From Alphaproteobacteria bacterium (lineage in GTDB: Bacteria > Pseudomonadota > Alphaproteobacteria > UBA6615): 64,000 nucleotides of DNA. The notes beneath the pieces were generated by a model that saw only the letters and a list, made by a program, of their open reading frames with translations, did no database searches and was not told where the DNA came from. A program made the position numbers and the translations under genes. Below are positions 28,535-38,072 of this stretch, piece after piece (position 1 is the stretch's first letter; each line of letters starts with the position of its first letter). The DNA lies in contig JANQOE010000040.1 in NCBI GenBank assembly GCA_028279245.1, forward strand, positions 4,121-68,120, given 5' to 3'.

Positions 28535-29229
28535 TTCGTTCCTTCAAACAGCCGCTTTATCCGGCCAATGTCCGATTCTCGAGAAGGTCCCGGGCGCTCC
28601 GGGTGCCACATGAACCCCTCGCAACAACGCCATGTCTTGTGTCGAAAACCTTCGATCGACCCGTCGTCGGCGACTACAGTCGGGTCCAAGTTGTCGGCAA
28701 CGCCACTAGGCAACACGGCATAGTCATGAAAGCTGTTGACGCTGAATGAGCGCGATCCGTCTGTCGGGTCCAAAGCAAAGACCGTGTGCTCTGTTCCCGC
28801 GTGTCCCTCTATGTGATCGAGACTGCCGCCAAAGTGTACGTTGAGTACCTGCATGCCACGGCATATCCCCAGTATGGGAAGCGCGCGCGCGTGGCATTCA
28901 CGCACCAGCCGAAACTCGAACTCATCCCGTTCGGCGGCCGCCGTGCGCGCATCATCAAGATGCGCCAGGTCGTTCCCACCTGTGAGGATGACGCCACAAA
29001 GGTCTAACGCATCCAAGTAGGTCGAGGTCTCATCAGTTACCGAGTTGCTCAGCGGTATGGGCAGGAACCCAATCGTCCATAGGAGCCGGGCCCAAGCCTG
29101 ATCAAGACAGTCGCGCCGCTCTTGTCCCGAATAGAAGACCTCGACACGTTGGGTGAGCCCGATGCGTCTCACCGGACCGAAGTCACGTGCATGGCTGCCT
29201 CGGCTCGACGGTGTCACCAAACGTTCCAA
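28531..29229 (-). CDS. Class-I glutamine amidotransferase-like hydrolase (peptidase C26 / PuuD-like gamma-glutamyl hydrolase)
   Basis: ILGICRGMQ nucleophile-elbow Cys, downstream His/Glu (FMWHPERPG). The start is probably internal (GTG near VRRIGLTQRV), which would relieve the 47-bp overlap with the next gene. Confidence 0.7.
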   Translation of the reverse strand: MERLVTPSSRGSHARDFGPVRRIGLTQRVEVFYSGQERRDCLDQAWARLLWTIGFLPIPLSNSVTDETSTYLDALDLCGVILTGGNDLAHLDDARTAAAERDEFEFRLVRECHARALPILGICRGMQVLNVHFGGSLDHIEGHAGTEHTVFALDPTDGSRSFSVNSFHDYAVLPSGVADNLDPTVVADDGSIEGFRHKTWRCCEGFMWHPERPGPSRESDIGRIKRLFEGTK

Positions 29230-30994
29230 CCGAAACGCCGCCCGGATTGAACCGAACTACGTTGCCACAAATCCGACCCTGTGGCCCACGCTGCAGCTTC
29301 ACCGCACCAGCTTCATTGTCGACGAACTGGTTGCCGTAGATATCGTTGCCAACGCCGTCCGTCTCCTCGGCGCCGCCAACGCGTATCCCCGCACCTACGT
29401 TGCCCCAGACCGTATTGTACCGGAAGATGTTGCCACTGCCCCGTGAACCCAACCCGCCGGAATTGGGGTCTAACTGCCCTGTGCAGAAATTGTGCTCAAC
29501 GATGTTCCCAAAAGAGCCTTCTTTTACTTCGACGCACTCATTTCCTTGCGTGTCGAAAGTGTTGTGATGCACCCAATTGTTCTGGGATATATCGACGCCA
29601 TCCGTCGGGCTTTTCCCGTCACCATATTGTTTCGGTGACGTGCCGATGTAGACGCCCTCGCCACTCTTGCCGCCTTGGTCGAACTTGAAGTCCCTGACAC
29701 CACAGTTGCGGAAAGTCGAGTAGGCGATCTCATTGTCGCTCGCATAGTACCGGAGTCTAACGCAACGGCCGCGCGCGTTCTGAAACGCCACACTCAGAAT
29801 GCGCATCCCTTCAACACCATCGAACGGCTCAGTGCCTTGAGCCCAAAGCAGTGTCCCCCGATAGCTGTCAAGATCATCGTCTTCATCGAACTTGCCGTCG
29901 ATCTCTAGGTCAGAGATGGTAATGAAGTCATGGTTGATCTCGACAATCCGGTCATCCCCGCCACCTTTGATCACCGCGCCAGGCGTGCCGGTAATGAATA
30001 TCGGCTGTTCGGCTGTTCCATGCCGGACGGAGCGAACGTCCTGCATATAGACACCCGGGCCCAAGCGCACGACGTCGCCCGGCATCGCCCGCCTCAGCCC
30101 CTCTTGAATACTTTGCAGTGCCGCGGCCGCCGAACGCCCGTCCGCGTCGTCATCGCCATCGGGACTAACATGGTAGACTTGCCCTGCCCCAAACCCGCTT
30201 GAACCACTCCTGATCGGACGGTCAGTTGTAATAGGGTCCGGTATTGAACGGTCACGCGTCTCATTGGATTCCGAACCGCCGCGACTAACCGCAGCAACCT
30301 CAAGCGACTCCACAGATGACTCAACCGCCCCAGTGTCCGGCGCCGCGAACGTTATCTCAAGGCGAGGTCGATCCTTACGATCGTCATCGTCGCTTGAGCT
30401 AAACTTGAGTCCGTCGTCGGCTTCCGTATTGAGTATGACAAAGCCCCTATTCGGCTCACTACCGTTCACCCACGACTCAACAACCGCAAGTCCCGCATCG
30501 TTGAGCGTTGCACTACCGGCCCGGCTATCGACAACACCGAGAACTTCATCACCCCACCCTTTCCGGTAGGTTTCCCAGGTCGTTTCGCGGTCGTCCCAGT
30601 CGACGAGCGATTCATAGACTTGATACTGTTGCTCACTTTTCTGCGTAACGTTGATGGCGATACTCGCCCCAACGACCTTCGATCCCTCGGGTATTCTGGA
30701 GATGTCCCACGCCATCAAAGCAACATAGTCACGGCCTGAGCCATTCGGCCGGTCGCCGTCAACAACAAGCTCCTCGTCTCGGCCGAACTCTTCGTCCGGC
30801 TTAGACGCTGCCACATAAGTGTCCCGCGCACCGTCATAGTCACGACTCGGTGCGACGCCGCCCTGAAACGCCTCTGTGACCGTGCGCGCCTCGGCAGCAG
30901 CGGGATCGCCGCCAACCACGGCCCCCAACAGTGCCAACACAGCAATTCTGGAAACCGAGGACCGCCTCAGCGGGCCCCAACCGGCAACTACCAT
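29183..30994 (-). CDS. Secreted polysaccharide-active protein: N-terminal DNRLRE-like domain plus C-terminal right-handed beta-helix (lyase/epimerase-like)
   Basis: Signal peptide (AVLALLGAVVGGDPAAAEA). N-terminal half carries a …DDRKDRPRLEITF… motif resembling the DNRLRE domain. C-terminal PbH1 repeats (NNWVHHNTFDTQGNECVEV…NIVEHNFC…NIFRYNTVWGNVGAGIRV…NDIYGNQFVDNEAGAVKL). Confidence 0.55.
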   Translation of the reverse strand: MVVAGWGPLRRSSVSRIAVLALLGAVVGGDPAAAEARTVTEAFQGGVAPSRDYDGARDTYVAASKPDEEFGRDEELVVDGDRPNGSGRDYVALMAWDISRIPEGSKVVGASIAINVTQKSEQQYQVYESLVDWDDRETTWETYRKGWGDEVLGVVDSRAGSATLNDAGLAVVESWVNGSEPNRGFVILNTEADDGLKFSSSDDDDRKDRPRLEITFAAPDTGAVESSVESLEVAAVSRGGSESNETRDRSIPDPITTDRPIRSGSSGFGAGQVYHVSPDGDDDADGRSAAAALQSIQEGLRRAMPGDVVRLGPGVYMQDVRSVRHGTAEQPIFITGTPGAVIKGGGDDRIVEINHDFITISDLEIDGKFDEDDDLDSYRGTLLWAQGTEPFDGVEGMRILSVAFQNARGRCVRLRYYASDNEIAYSTFRNCGVRDFKFDQGGKSGEGVYIGTSPKQYGDGKSPTDGVDISQNNWVHHNTFDTQGNECVEVKEGSFGNIVEHNFCTGQLDPNSGGLGSRGSGNIFRYNTVWGNVGAGIRVGGAEETDGVGNDIYGNQFVDNEAGAVKLQRGPQGRICGNVVRFNPGGVSVGTFGDTVEPRQPCT

Positions 30995-32799
30995 TTGAAT
31001 GGGACGTCCTCGTGCACCGTCCAGTTATCATCCTTATCAACGGAATAGTGGTTGATATGCCCAGCCTTGAGGTCACGGCCAACAGCCAACTTGTCTCCGT
31101 TCTTATCAAGCTGGGTTGTTAAGCCATGGTAGATGTCCACACGATCCCGCTCCAGGATCGTTTCTACCGACTCACCAGCATGCTCATCTGACATACCGGT
31201 CAACGCGTACACGACCTTCGGAATGTCCAGTAACTGGACCAGCTTGTCAGAGACTTCGACCGGTTCGCTAGGAGCGAATGGCGGCTTGATCAGCAACAGC
31301 GCATTACTACGTGCGTCAATCCCAACACCGTTCTCTCGGCGGACATCCGCCTTCTCTATGGCATCCGCGTCCTCGTCCGAGATCGTTATGAAATCCAACT
31401 CCGGTCGCTCTTTCCGAGCCTTTCCACCTGCAAGCCAGCTCCCATGGTCCGACTGAAATATGATCAACGAGGATTCAAAGCGGCCGAGCTGCTTCAACTG
31501 ACGAACATATGCTGCCAGCAGGTCCGTCACGTGGTAGCTTTGCTCAAAGAAATCGGCATTGTCCGGATCAAACCGCCCATCGCGCATGACGTGGTATGGC
31601 CGATGCGGTGGATTCAAATGCGCGAATACATACTCGCCGGCATCACCCCGCCGGAACTCGTTGTCCATTATCTGCTGGAACTGATTCAGCGACGCTACGG
31701 TTCGCAGGTCCGACACCGCCCCAACGCCGTTTCCGGCCGCACGCGTTATCGGCCCCCTTCCATCATGAAACACCTCTTGCCGCAGGAACGTCGGTGCTAT
31801 CCGCATCAACCACAGGTCGGCCGCCAACTCCAACGACACCGGGTTCCCCACATATTGGCGATTGGCATACGGGTTGGCCGTCGAGTTCTTGAACGTATAG
31901 CCGGTCGTATTGAACCCCGCTGTCTTCAGTCTGAACAGCACCGACTCGTCGAAGGTTTCATCAAGCCAACGCTCAACACTCGTCTCTCCGGGATACACTT
32001 GCCCACTTATGAAAGACGGAACCGACGCTTTCGTGGCCATGTAGTTACTTCTCGCGCGCGGGAAGTGCTGGAAGCCATCGAAATCACTCTCGACTCCCAT
32101 CTCCGCCACAGCGTCCTGAAACCAAGGACCGTGATACCCGTCCACGACGATATGATAGACGTTGCCCGAGAAGGAGGCCGCACTCGGTGCATCCGCACGT
32201 GCTTCCGTTGTCACACCCCGACCACCCAGAAACCCGGTTCCTGCCACACCAAGCTCAACCACCACCAAAACGATCGCAATAGGCCAACCAAGCCGGTAAA
32301 CGACCGCCTTTGGCACAAACACAAAAGCAGCGGCTACCAACACGAACAGTCCCGCCTCCAAAAGAATCGACAGGAATGGTTCGTCGGGTGTTTCGGTACC
32401 TGACTCGAACTGGTCAATTGTCAGCGGCGCAACAACATCAGCCAGCAATACAAAAACACCCAGAAAGAACAACCCGCTGACAATCCAGCCCAGGGTCTTC
32501 TCTCCCGTGACTTTGGCCAGCACGAGAGCCAACAACAGATACCCGACAAGCGCCAGAACCGCATACAACGCAAGCACCTCGGGCTGACCCAGCTCCTCAA
32601 GGTTCGTTGATATGATCCGCATCGGAAAAGCGAATAACACCACAACCCCGAAAACGGCAGCAGCACCAATCGCCCGCATTCTCATTCCAGCGCTCATACT
32701 TCCAACATCCAATTGTTCGCTATATCGACGTCTAGTCTTCGCCTCGCGCAAACTACTACAGAGCCAAAACGGACGCAGGGTCCTTTGGGATCGTTGCAA
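30988..32799 (-). CDS. Membrane-anchored sulfatase/alkaline-phosphatase-superfamily transferase (LtaS/MdoB/EptA-like phospho-group transferase)
   Basis: About 5 N-terminal TM helices, then periplasmic sulfatase-fold domain with FQSDHGSWL and metal-ligand context (…AHLNPPHRPY…). Confidence 0.65.
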   Translation of the reverse strand: MQRSQRTLRPFWLCSSLREAKTRRRYSEQLDVGSMSAGMRMRAIGAAAVFGVVVLFAFPMRIISTNLEELGQPEVLALYAVLALVGYLLLALVLAKVTGEKTLGWIVSGLFFLGVFVLLADVVAPLTIDQFESGTETPDEPFLSILLEAGLFVLVAAAFVFVPKAVVYRLGWPIAIVLVVVELGVAGTGFLGGRGVTTEARADAPSAASFSGNVYHIVVDGYHGPWFQDAVAEMGVESDFDGFQHFPRARSNYMATKASVPSFISGQVYPGETSVERWLDETFDESVLFRLKTAGFNTTGYTFKNSTANPYANRQYVGNPVSLELAADLWLMRIAPTFLRQEVFHDGRGPITRAAGNGVGAVSDLRTVASLNQFQQIMDNEFRRGDAGEYVFAHLNPPHRPYHVMRDGRFDPDNADFFEQSYHVTDLLAAYVRQLKQLGRFESSLIIFQSDHGSWLAGGKARKERPELDFITISDEDADAIEKADVRRENGVGIDARSNALLLIKPPFAPSEPVEVSDKLVQLLDIPKVVYALTGMSDEHAGESVETILERDRVDIYHGLTTQLDKNGDKLAVGRDLKAGHINHYSVDKDDNWTVHEDVPFKW

Positions 32800-33053
32800 T
32801 CACTTTCTAAACGGGATTCTTCGGTACTTTCGCGCGCGCTAGTGAGTGCCCCAAACAGCCACGCGCTCCGAGTTTCAATCGAATTAAAACTTCGTAACAG
32901 AAATGTTACAACCAGAACTATCGGCCAGCACGCAACCGAACTTCTGCCAAGTTGCACGCCTTCTTCGCCTGATTAATCCTCGTCAACGATTCACAACCGC
33001 TCAATTTGATCCAGTGTCGTTGAGCACGGGGACGATCCGGCTTAGGGGGTTTA

Positions 33054-34364
33054 ATGAGGATCAGTGTGTTCGGTATCGGCTACGTCGGCTCTGTGTCCGC
33101 TGCTTGCAGCGCCCAACAGGGCCATTCCGTCGTCGCCGTCGACTCAGACGAAAGCAAGGTCACGGCCATCAACGCGGGCGTCGCACCGATTGTCGAGGCC
33201 GGTTTGTCAGCCTTGATCGCGGAGCAAGTCAGCGAAAATCGACTGACTGCAACCGTCAAGGCGAGAAACGCAATACTTGAAACGGACGTCAGCTACATAT
33301 GCGTCGGTACACCAAGTCTCGAGACCGACGACATCAGCCTCAAACAGATCACCCATGTCTGCACGGAAATCGGTGAGGCTCTGCGCAGCAAGAACGAGCA
33401 CCACACTATAATCACGCGAAGCACAATGCTGCCCGGCTCGATGGAAAATGTGGTCATCCGGCTAATTGAGAAACACTCCGGACTGACGGCGGGAACAGAC
33501 TTCGGGGTCGGGATTTATCCGGAATTCTTACGCGAAGGCCAGGCGATATTCGACTTTACGCACCCGTCCACGATTGTCGCTGGGTGTCTCGACGACCAGA
33601 CAAAGGAGATTCTCCGCTCTCTAACAAGCCAATATGATTGCGAGAAGCACTACATCGACATACGCACCGCCGAGATGGTGAAATACTGTGCCAATGCGTG
33701 GCATGCTTCAAAAATCAGCTTCGCCAATGAAATCGGCTGGCTCTGCAAGAAACTTGAAATAGACGGTCACAAAGTTTTGGACGTCATGTGCTCCGAAACG
33801 CGTCTAAACATGTCTCGACACTATATGCGCCCGGGCTTTGCGTTTGGCGGGTCATGTCTCCCGAAAGACCTCCGCGCTCTCCGCCACAAGGCCAGGCATC
33901 AGGACATTAGTACACCGGTCCTTGATGCGATCATGTTGGCAAATGAACGCCAGATTGATCGTGCAATAAAACTGATTACGGGTAGTGGCAATCGTCGTGT
34001 TGGCTTGCTCGGCCTAGCTTTCAAGGCCGGCACCGATGACTTGAGAGAGAGTCCGTTGGTCGCGCTGGCGGAGCGTCTGATCGGCAAGGGCTACGAGGTC
34101 ATCATATACGACCGCGCGGTATCCGCCTCACCGAGCAAAGGAAACAGCCGCGCGGTAGATCGGGTTCTGCCGCACCTTGCCTCGATCCTTGTCGATGAAC
34201 TGGACCACGTCATCGATTGTTCCGACACGCTTGTCGTCGGTACGGAGGATGAAGACTTCAAGAACCTGAACGGACAGATCCGCCCCGAGCATACGGTGGT
34301 GGATCTGGTACGAGCCGACCCCGGATTGAGCGAAAGGTGCAACTACCAGGGCATCTGCTGGTGA
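33054..34364 (+). CDS. algD: GDP-mannose 6-dehydrogenase
   Basis: MRISVFGIGYVGSV…PIVEAGLSALI…ICVGTPS…HHTIITRSTMLPGS, near-colinear with P. aeruginosa AlgD (MRISIFGLGYVGAV…PIVEPGLEALL…ICVGTPS…RHTVVVRSTVLPGT). 436 aa. Confidence 0.9.
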   Translation: MRISVFGIGYVGSVSAACSAQQGHSVVAVDSDESKVTAINAGVAPIVEAGLSALIAEQVSENRLTATVKARNAILETDVSYICVGTPSLETDDISLKQITHVCTEIGEALRSKNEHHTIITRSTMLPGSMENVVIRLIEKHSGLTAGTDFGVGIYPEFLREGQAIFDFTHPSTIVAGCLDDQTKEILRSLTSQYDCEKHYIDIRTAEMVKYCANAWHASKISFANEIGWLCKKLEIDGHKVLDVMCSETRLNMSRHYMRPGFAFGGSCLPKDLRALRHKARHQDISTPVLDAIMLANERQIDRAIKLITGSGNRRVGLLGLAFKAGTDDLRESPLVALAERLIGKGYEVIIYDRAVSASPSKGNSRAVDRVLPHLASILVDELDHVIDCSDTLVVGTEDEDFKNLNGQIRPEHTVVDLVRADPGLSERCNYQGICW

Positions 34365-34412
34365 GGCGCATCGAATAGACCAAATCTCTTGTGAAAGGAT
34401 GGATCGGACGAA

Positions 34413-34622
34413 ATGACTTTGCAAACGCGGATTAAGTTCGGAGCTAGCGTACTATTCGTCGCATTGACCGCAAGTGCACCAGCCTACGCGTACCTGGATC
34501 CCGGTACAGTCACCATGGCCTTCAGTGCTATCGCGGCTGGCCTTGCCGCCGGGCTCTTGTACCTCAGGGTTGGTTGGTCAAAAGCGGTCGGTTTCTTCAC
34601 AAAACGAAAGAAAGTGGACTAG
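34413..34622 (+). CDS. Hypothetical small exported/membrane protein
   Basis: 69 aa; signal-like N-terminus (ASVLFVALTASAPAYA) and a second hydrophobic segment. Ends one base before the large fusion gene. Confidence 0.3.
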   Translation: MTLQTRIKFGASVLFVALTASAPAYAYLDPGTVTMAFSAIAAGLAAGLLYLRVGWSKAVGFFTKRKKVD

Positions 34623-37600
34623 TTGCACATGGCGTCGGTCGCGGCGGGAACCTTCCTCGAAACGGATCAAACCATACCGCAGAGTGCCAAGTTCTGTTCC
34701 GATGGCGAGGTTGAAGAACCACTTGGCCTCCACGCCGCCAACTCCTACCTGGCGGTTATCCTTGGTGCGGGGCGGCCATTCCGTGGAATGGAGCCCTCCG
34801 CCCTGGCCAGTACGCCCGACCATCGGCGCGTACTGGATTGGTTGTTAGAGGCCTTCGCCACGGTCCCCGCTGATATCCACTATGTCGGCGGATATCAGCT
34901 TGAGGATGTTGCCCGCCATGTCTCGAACTTCACCTTCTCTGTAAATCCGGAATGGCAATCAACCGGGAGCGTCGGCACGCTATTCGTCGCACCCCTCAGT
35001 GCGCAGCAATCCTGCATCGCCTGCTATAGCGATGTTGTTTTTACGAAGATGGCAGTGGACGGCGTTTGCGAAGCCGCTGGCGATGTCGTCCTAGCGGTAG
35101 ATCGGACTTGGCGTCAGCGCTACTCAGGCCGTACGAGAGCCGACTTGGATGCCGCTGAAAAGGTGCGTCTGAACCGGGGTTCACTGGTGGCCATCGGGAC
35201 CGACATTTCCCCGGCTGACGCCGACGCCGAGTTCATTGGCCTCGCAAAGTTCTCACCGCAGGCCGTGAAAACCATACTCGCACTACGGGCCTCGGCCGGT
35301 GACGTGTTACGCAAAACCAACCTGCCCGTTCTCGTCGACCAGCTGTTGGCGAGCGGTCTGCGTTGTAACGTGGTGGATGTCGGTGGCAACTGGGCCGAGC
35401 TCAACGCGCCACAGGACCTGGCCCGGTTCGTGCTCGGAACAAAAGCTGAAACGCTGGACGCCCTTCGGCCGGTGGTTCGTGAGTGTGTGGTCTGTGACCA
35501 GGTTCGGTTTACAACGGGGGAATGGGCCAAAGATAGGGCCCGCTGCCTTGACAACGTGGTATCCGCGTTCGGCCCAATCCCGGTGGTGGTCCGGAGCAGC
35601 ACACTCACCGAGGACAGTTGGTTATCCACTTGTGCCGGCGCCTTTCTCAGCGTCCTCGATGTGCCCTGTGGCGATCGCGAACAACTGACGGACGCTATTG
35701 AGCGAGTCATTGCCTCCTATGGCGATGACAACGCCGACCATCAGGTGCTTGTCCAAGAGATGGTCGAAAACGTTCAGATGAGCGGCGTTGCGTTCACACG
35801 CTCACTGAACTTTGGTGCGCCCTACTATACCATCAACTACGACAACACGACCTCCAGTACCGAAACTGTGACCAGCGGCGTTGGCACGGACCTAAAGACT
35901 CTGGTACTGCACCGTTCGGTACAGGAGTTATCGCCCGACACACCACCAGCCCTGCGCGCGTTGTTGCCAGCGCTCCGCGAAGTCGAGTCACTGATTGGGC
36001 ACGATTCACTAGACATCGAGTTCGCCATCAACCGCGACGGCACTGTCTTCTTGCTACAGGTACGACCTATCGCCGTTGATCACAGTGCCTGGCGTGGCTC
36101 CGACGAAGCAGTCGAGTCCTCGCTCGAAGCCGCGGAGAAGGTCTATCGGCTGAAACAAACCCCGCCACCCTTCACCCACGGCGAACGGACAGTTTTCGGC
36201 GTAATGCCGGACTGGAACCCGGCTGAGATCATTGGCACCAGTCCGCGCAGGCTAGCCCTCAGCCTATACCGGTATCTCTTTACCGACGAGGTATGGGCGG
36301 CCCAGCGAGCCGCGTATGGCTATCGCGATGTCCGGCCCCAGCCACTAATGATAACTCTCGCCGGCCATCCCTATATTGATGTGCGGGCAAGTTTCAATTC
36401 GTTCATTCCGGCCGATTTACCCGATGAACTCGGTCTGCGGCTCGTCAACCACTATCTAGAGCACCTGAGGACCAAACCCGAGCTTCACGACAAGATCGAG
36501 TTCGATATCGCGTTCACTTGCCTGACCCTCGATTTCGATCAACAAGCAACGCGCCTTCATGACGCCGGCTTTAGCCCCGACGAGATTGACCAACTACGAC
36601 AATCGCTGCGCGGCGTCACCAAGTCTGGCTTGACACGTTCAGACGATGACATGCGTCAGATCGCAAAGCTCGAGACGCGGTTCGATCGCGTGATGCGATC
36701 GTCCCTGCCTCCGTTGGAACGGGCTTGCGTTCTGCTGGAAGACTGCCGCCGATACGGCGCTCTCCCGTTCTCGCATCTGGCCAGAAGTGGGTTCGTCGCG
36801 GTCGCATTGCTACGTTCGGCCGTCGCGCGCGGAATCATGAGCTCCGACCAGGTGTCGGTCTTCCTGAACTCCCTGAACACTGTCGCCAAACAACTCACCC
36901 ATGATGCCAAGGCGGTCGTCGACGCCACGATGACCTCGGAGGCCTTTTGCGCTGCGTACGGACATCTTCGTCCCGGCACATACGACATTACGACGCCAAG
37001 CTATGCCGACGACGCCCAACGATACCTCCTGCCGATTATTGAGAAGACCCGAGAACATGGTCCGGAGACGACCGTCAAGTTTGAGTGGGATGAGCAGCTC
37101 CGGAGCGGCCTATCGACTGCCCTACGAGAAGCGGGTCTCCCCGAAGACATAGATCTGTTGGATCGCTTCTTTAGACAGGCAATCGAAGGCCGCGAGCGGG
37201 CGAAATTCGCCTTTACCCGAAACCTAAGCGCCGCCCTAGACTCGATTGCTGAGTTTGGAAATCAGCTCGGGATCTCAAGACACGAGTTGGCAAACATATC
37301 CTTGGAAGACTTCCAGACCGTCCGTAGCGGCAACGAACCGCCTGACCTACAGGCCTGGCTGCTTCAGCGCGCGGAGGAAGGTCAATCCTCGCACAACCTC
37401 TCAGAAGGGATCGAACTGCCTCCACTCATCACCGCTGAACAGCAGATACGGACCTTCCACTACTCCGACACCCAGCCAAACTTCATCACAAGTGGGAAAG
37501 TGGTGTCTGAAATCGTATCGGTCTCGGAAAGCTGTGCCGGAGATGAAATCGCCGGCAAGATCGTTGTAATTCCTCAGGCTGACCCCGGTTATGATTGGCT

Positions 37601-37787
37601 GTTCGGTTACGAAATCGCGGGGTTGATCACGACCTACGGCGGCGCCAACTCGCATATGGCAATTCGGGCCGCCGAGTTTCAGCTTCCGGCCGCAATCGGG
37701 GTCGGCGAAGTCCGATACGGCCAACTGACGCGCGGTACGCTCGTTTCCCTTGATTGCCAGAATCGACGCATCGACGTGATTCGATAG
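34623..37787 (+). CDS. Multidomain PEP-synthase/rifampin-phosphotransferase-like kinase: N-terminal nucleotidyltransferase-like domain + PPDK_N ATP-grasp + C-terminal PEP-utilizer phosphohistidine swivel domain
   Basis: N-terminus AVILGAGRPFRG… has NTP_transferase-like glycine-rich loop. Middle VVVRSSTLTEDSWLSTCAGAFLSVLDV equals the PPDK_N (pyruvate,phosphate dikinase N-terminal) signature. C-terminus GGANSHMAIRAAEFQLPAAIGVG equals the PEP-utilizers mobile-domain His motif. 1054 aa. Confidence 0.75.
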   Translation: MHMASVAAGTFLETDQTIPQSAKFCSDGEVEEPLGLHAANSYLAVILGAGRPFRGMEPSALASTPDHRRVLDWLLEAFATVPADIHYVGGYQLEDVARHVSNFTFSVNPEWQSTGSVGTLFVAPLSAQQSCIACYSDVVFTKMAVDGVCEAAGDVVLAVDRTWRQRYSGRTRADLDAAEKVRLNRGSLVAIGTDISPADADAEFIGLAKFSPQAVKTILALRASAGDVLRKTNLPVLVDQLLASGLRCNVVDVGGNWAELNAPQDLARFVLGTKAETLDALRPVVRECVVCDQVRFTTGEWAKDRARCLDNVVSAFGPIPVVVRSSTLTEDSWLSTCAGAFLSVLDVPCGDREQLTDAIERVIASYGDDNADHQVLVQEMVENVQMSGVAFTRSLNFGAPYYTINYDNTTSSTETVTSGVGTDLKTLVLHRSVQELSPDTPPALRALLPALREVESLIGHDSLDIEFAINRDGTVFLLQVRPIAVDHSAWRGSDEAVESSLEAAEKVYRLKQTPPPFTHGERTVFGVMPDWNPAEIIGTSPRRLALSLYRYLFTDEVWAAQRAAYGYRDVRPQPLMITLAGHPYIDVRASFNSFIPADLPDELGLRLVNHYLEHLRTKPELHDKIEFDIAFTCLTLDFDQQATRLHDAGFSPDEIDQLRQSLRGVTKSGLTRSDDDMRQIAKLETRFDRVMRSSLPPLERACVLLEDCRRYGALPFSHLARSGFVAVALLRSAVARGIMSSDQVSVFLNSLNTVAKQLTHDAKAVVDATMTSEAFCAAYGHLRPGTYDITTPSYADDAQRYLLPIIEKTREHGPETTVKFEWDEQLRSGLSTALREAGLPEDIDLLDRFFRQAIEGRERAKFAFTRNLSAALDSIAEFGNQLGISRHELANISLEDFQTVRSGNEPPDLQAWLLQRAEEGQSSHNLSEGIELPPLITAEQQIRTFHYSDTQPNFITSGKVVSEIVSVSESCAGDEIAGKIVVIPQADPGYDWLFGYEIAGLITTYGGANSHMAIRAAEFQLPAAIGVGEVRYGQLTRGTLVSLDCQNRRIDVIR

Positions 37788-38072
37788 CAGCGATTGAACA
37801 AATGGAATAGCTGCACCGCACACCCGCTCGCTTATCCACCGGACCGGCTAACAGCAACATCCAAAACGCCGATGACTGGCTCGTTGTTCAGTTAACCGGG
37901 TGCGGAAAACCAAAAGAACCGGTTCTCCACTATCGCACGAGATGCCAACGCCGATATCCCGCAGATGACTTGGTTATCTCCGGACACTCGGACAGACAAC
38001 GCCTACTGCGAAAAGGATTATGGCTTCCTTGCCTCGGAGGCCCTACGAACTATGACGGAATTATGACACGTA

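Noticed and set aside
26538-29229. Simple CDP-glycerol teichoic-acid-like pathway (TagD/TagF) as the explanation for the decoration genes
   Set aside because: The nucleotidyltransferase is of the LicC/NTP_transferase family, not the small TagD cytidylyltransferase family, and a C26 glutamine-amidotransferase-type hydrolase has no role in a CDP-glycerol route. A glycerol-phosphate variant remains possible but less parsimonious than a phosphoramidate-like scheme.
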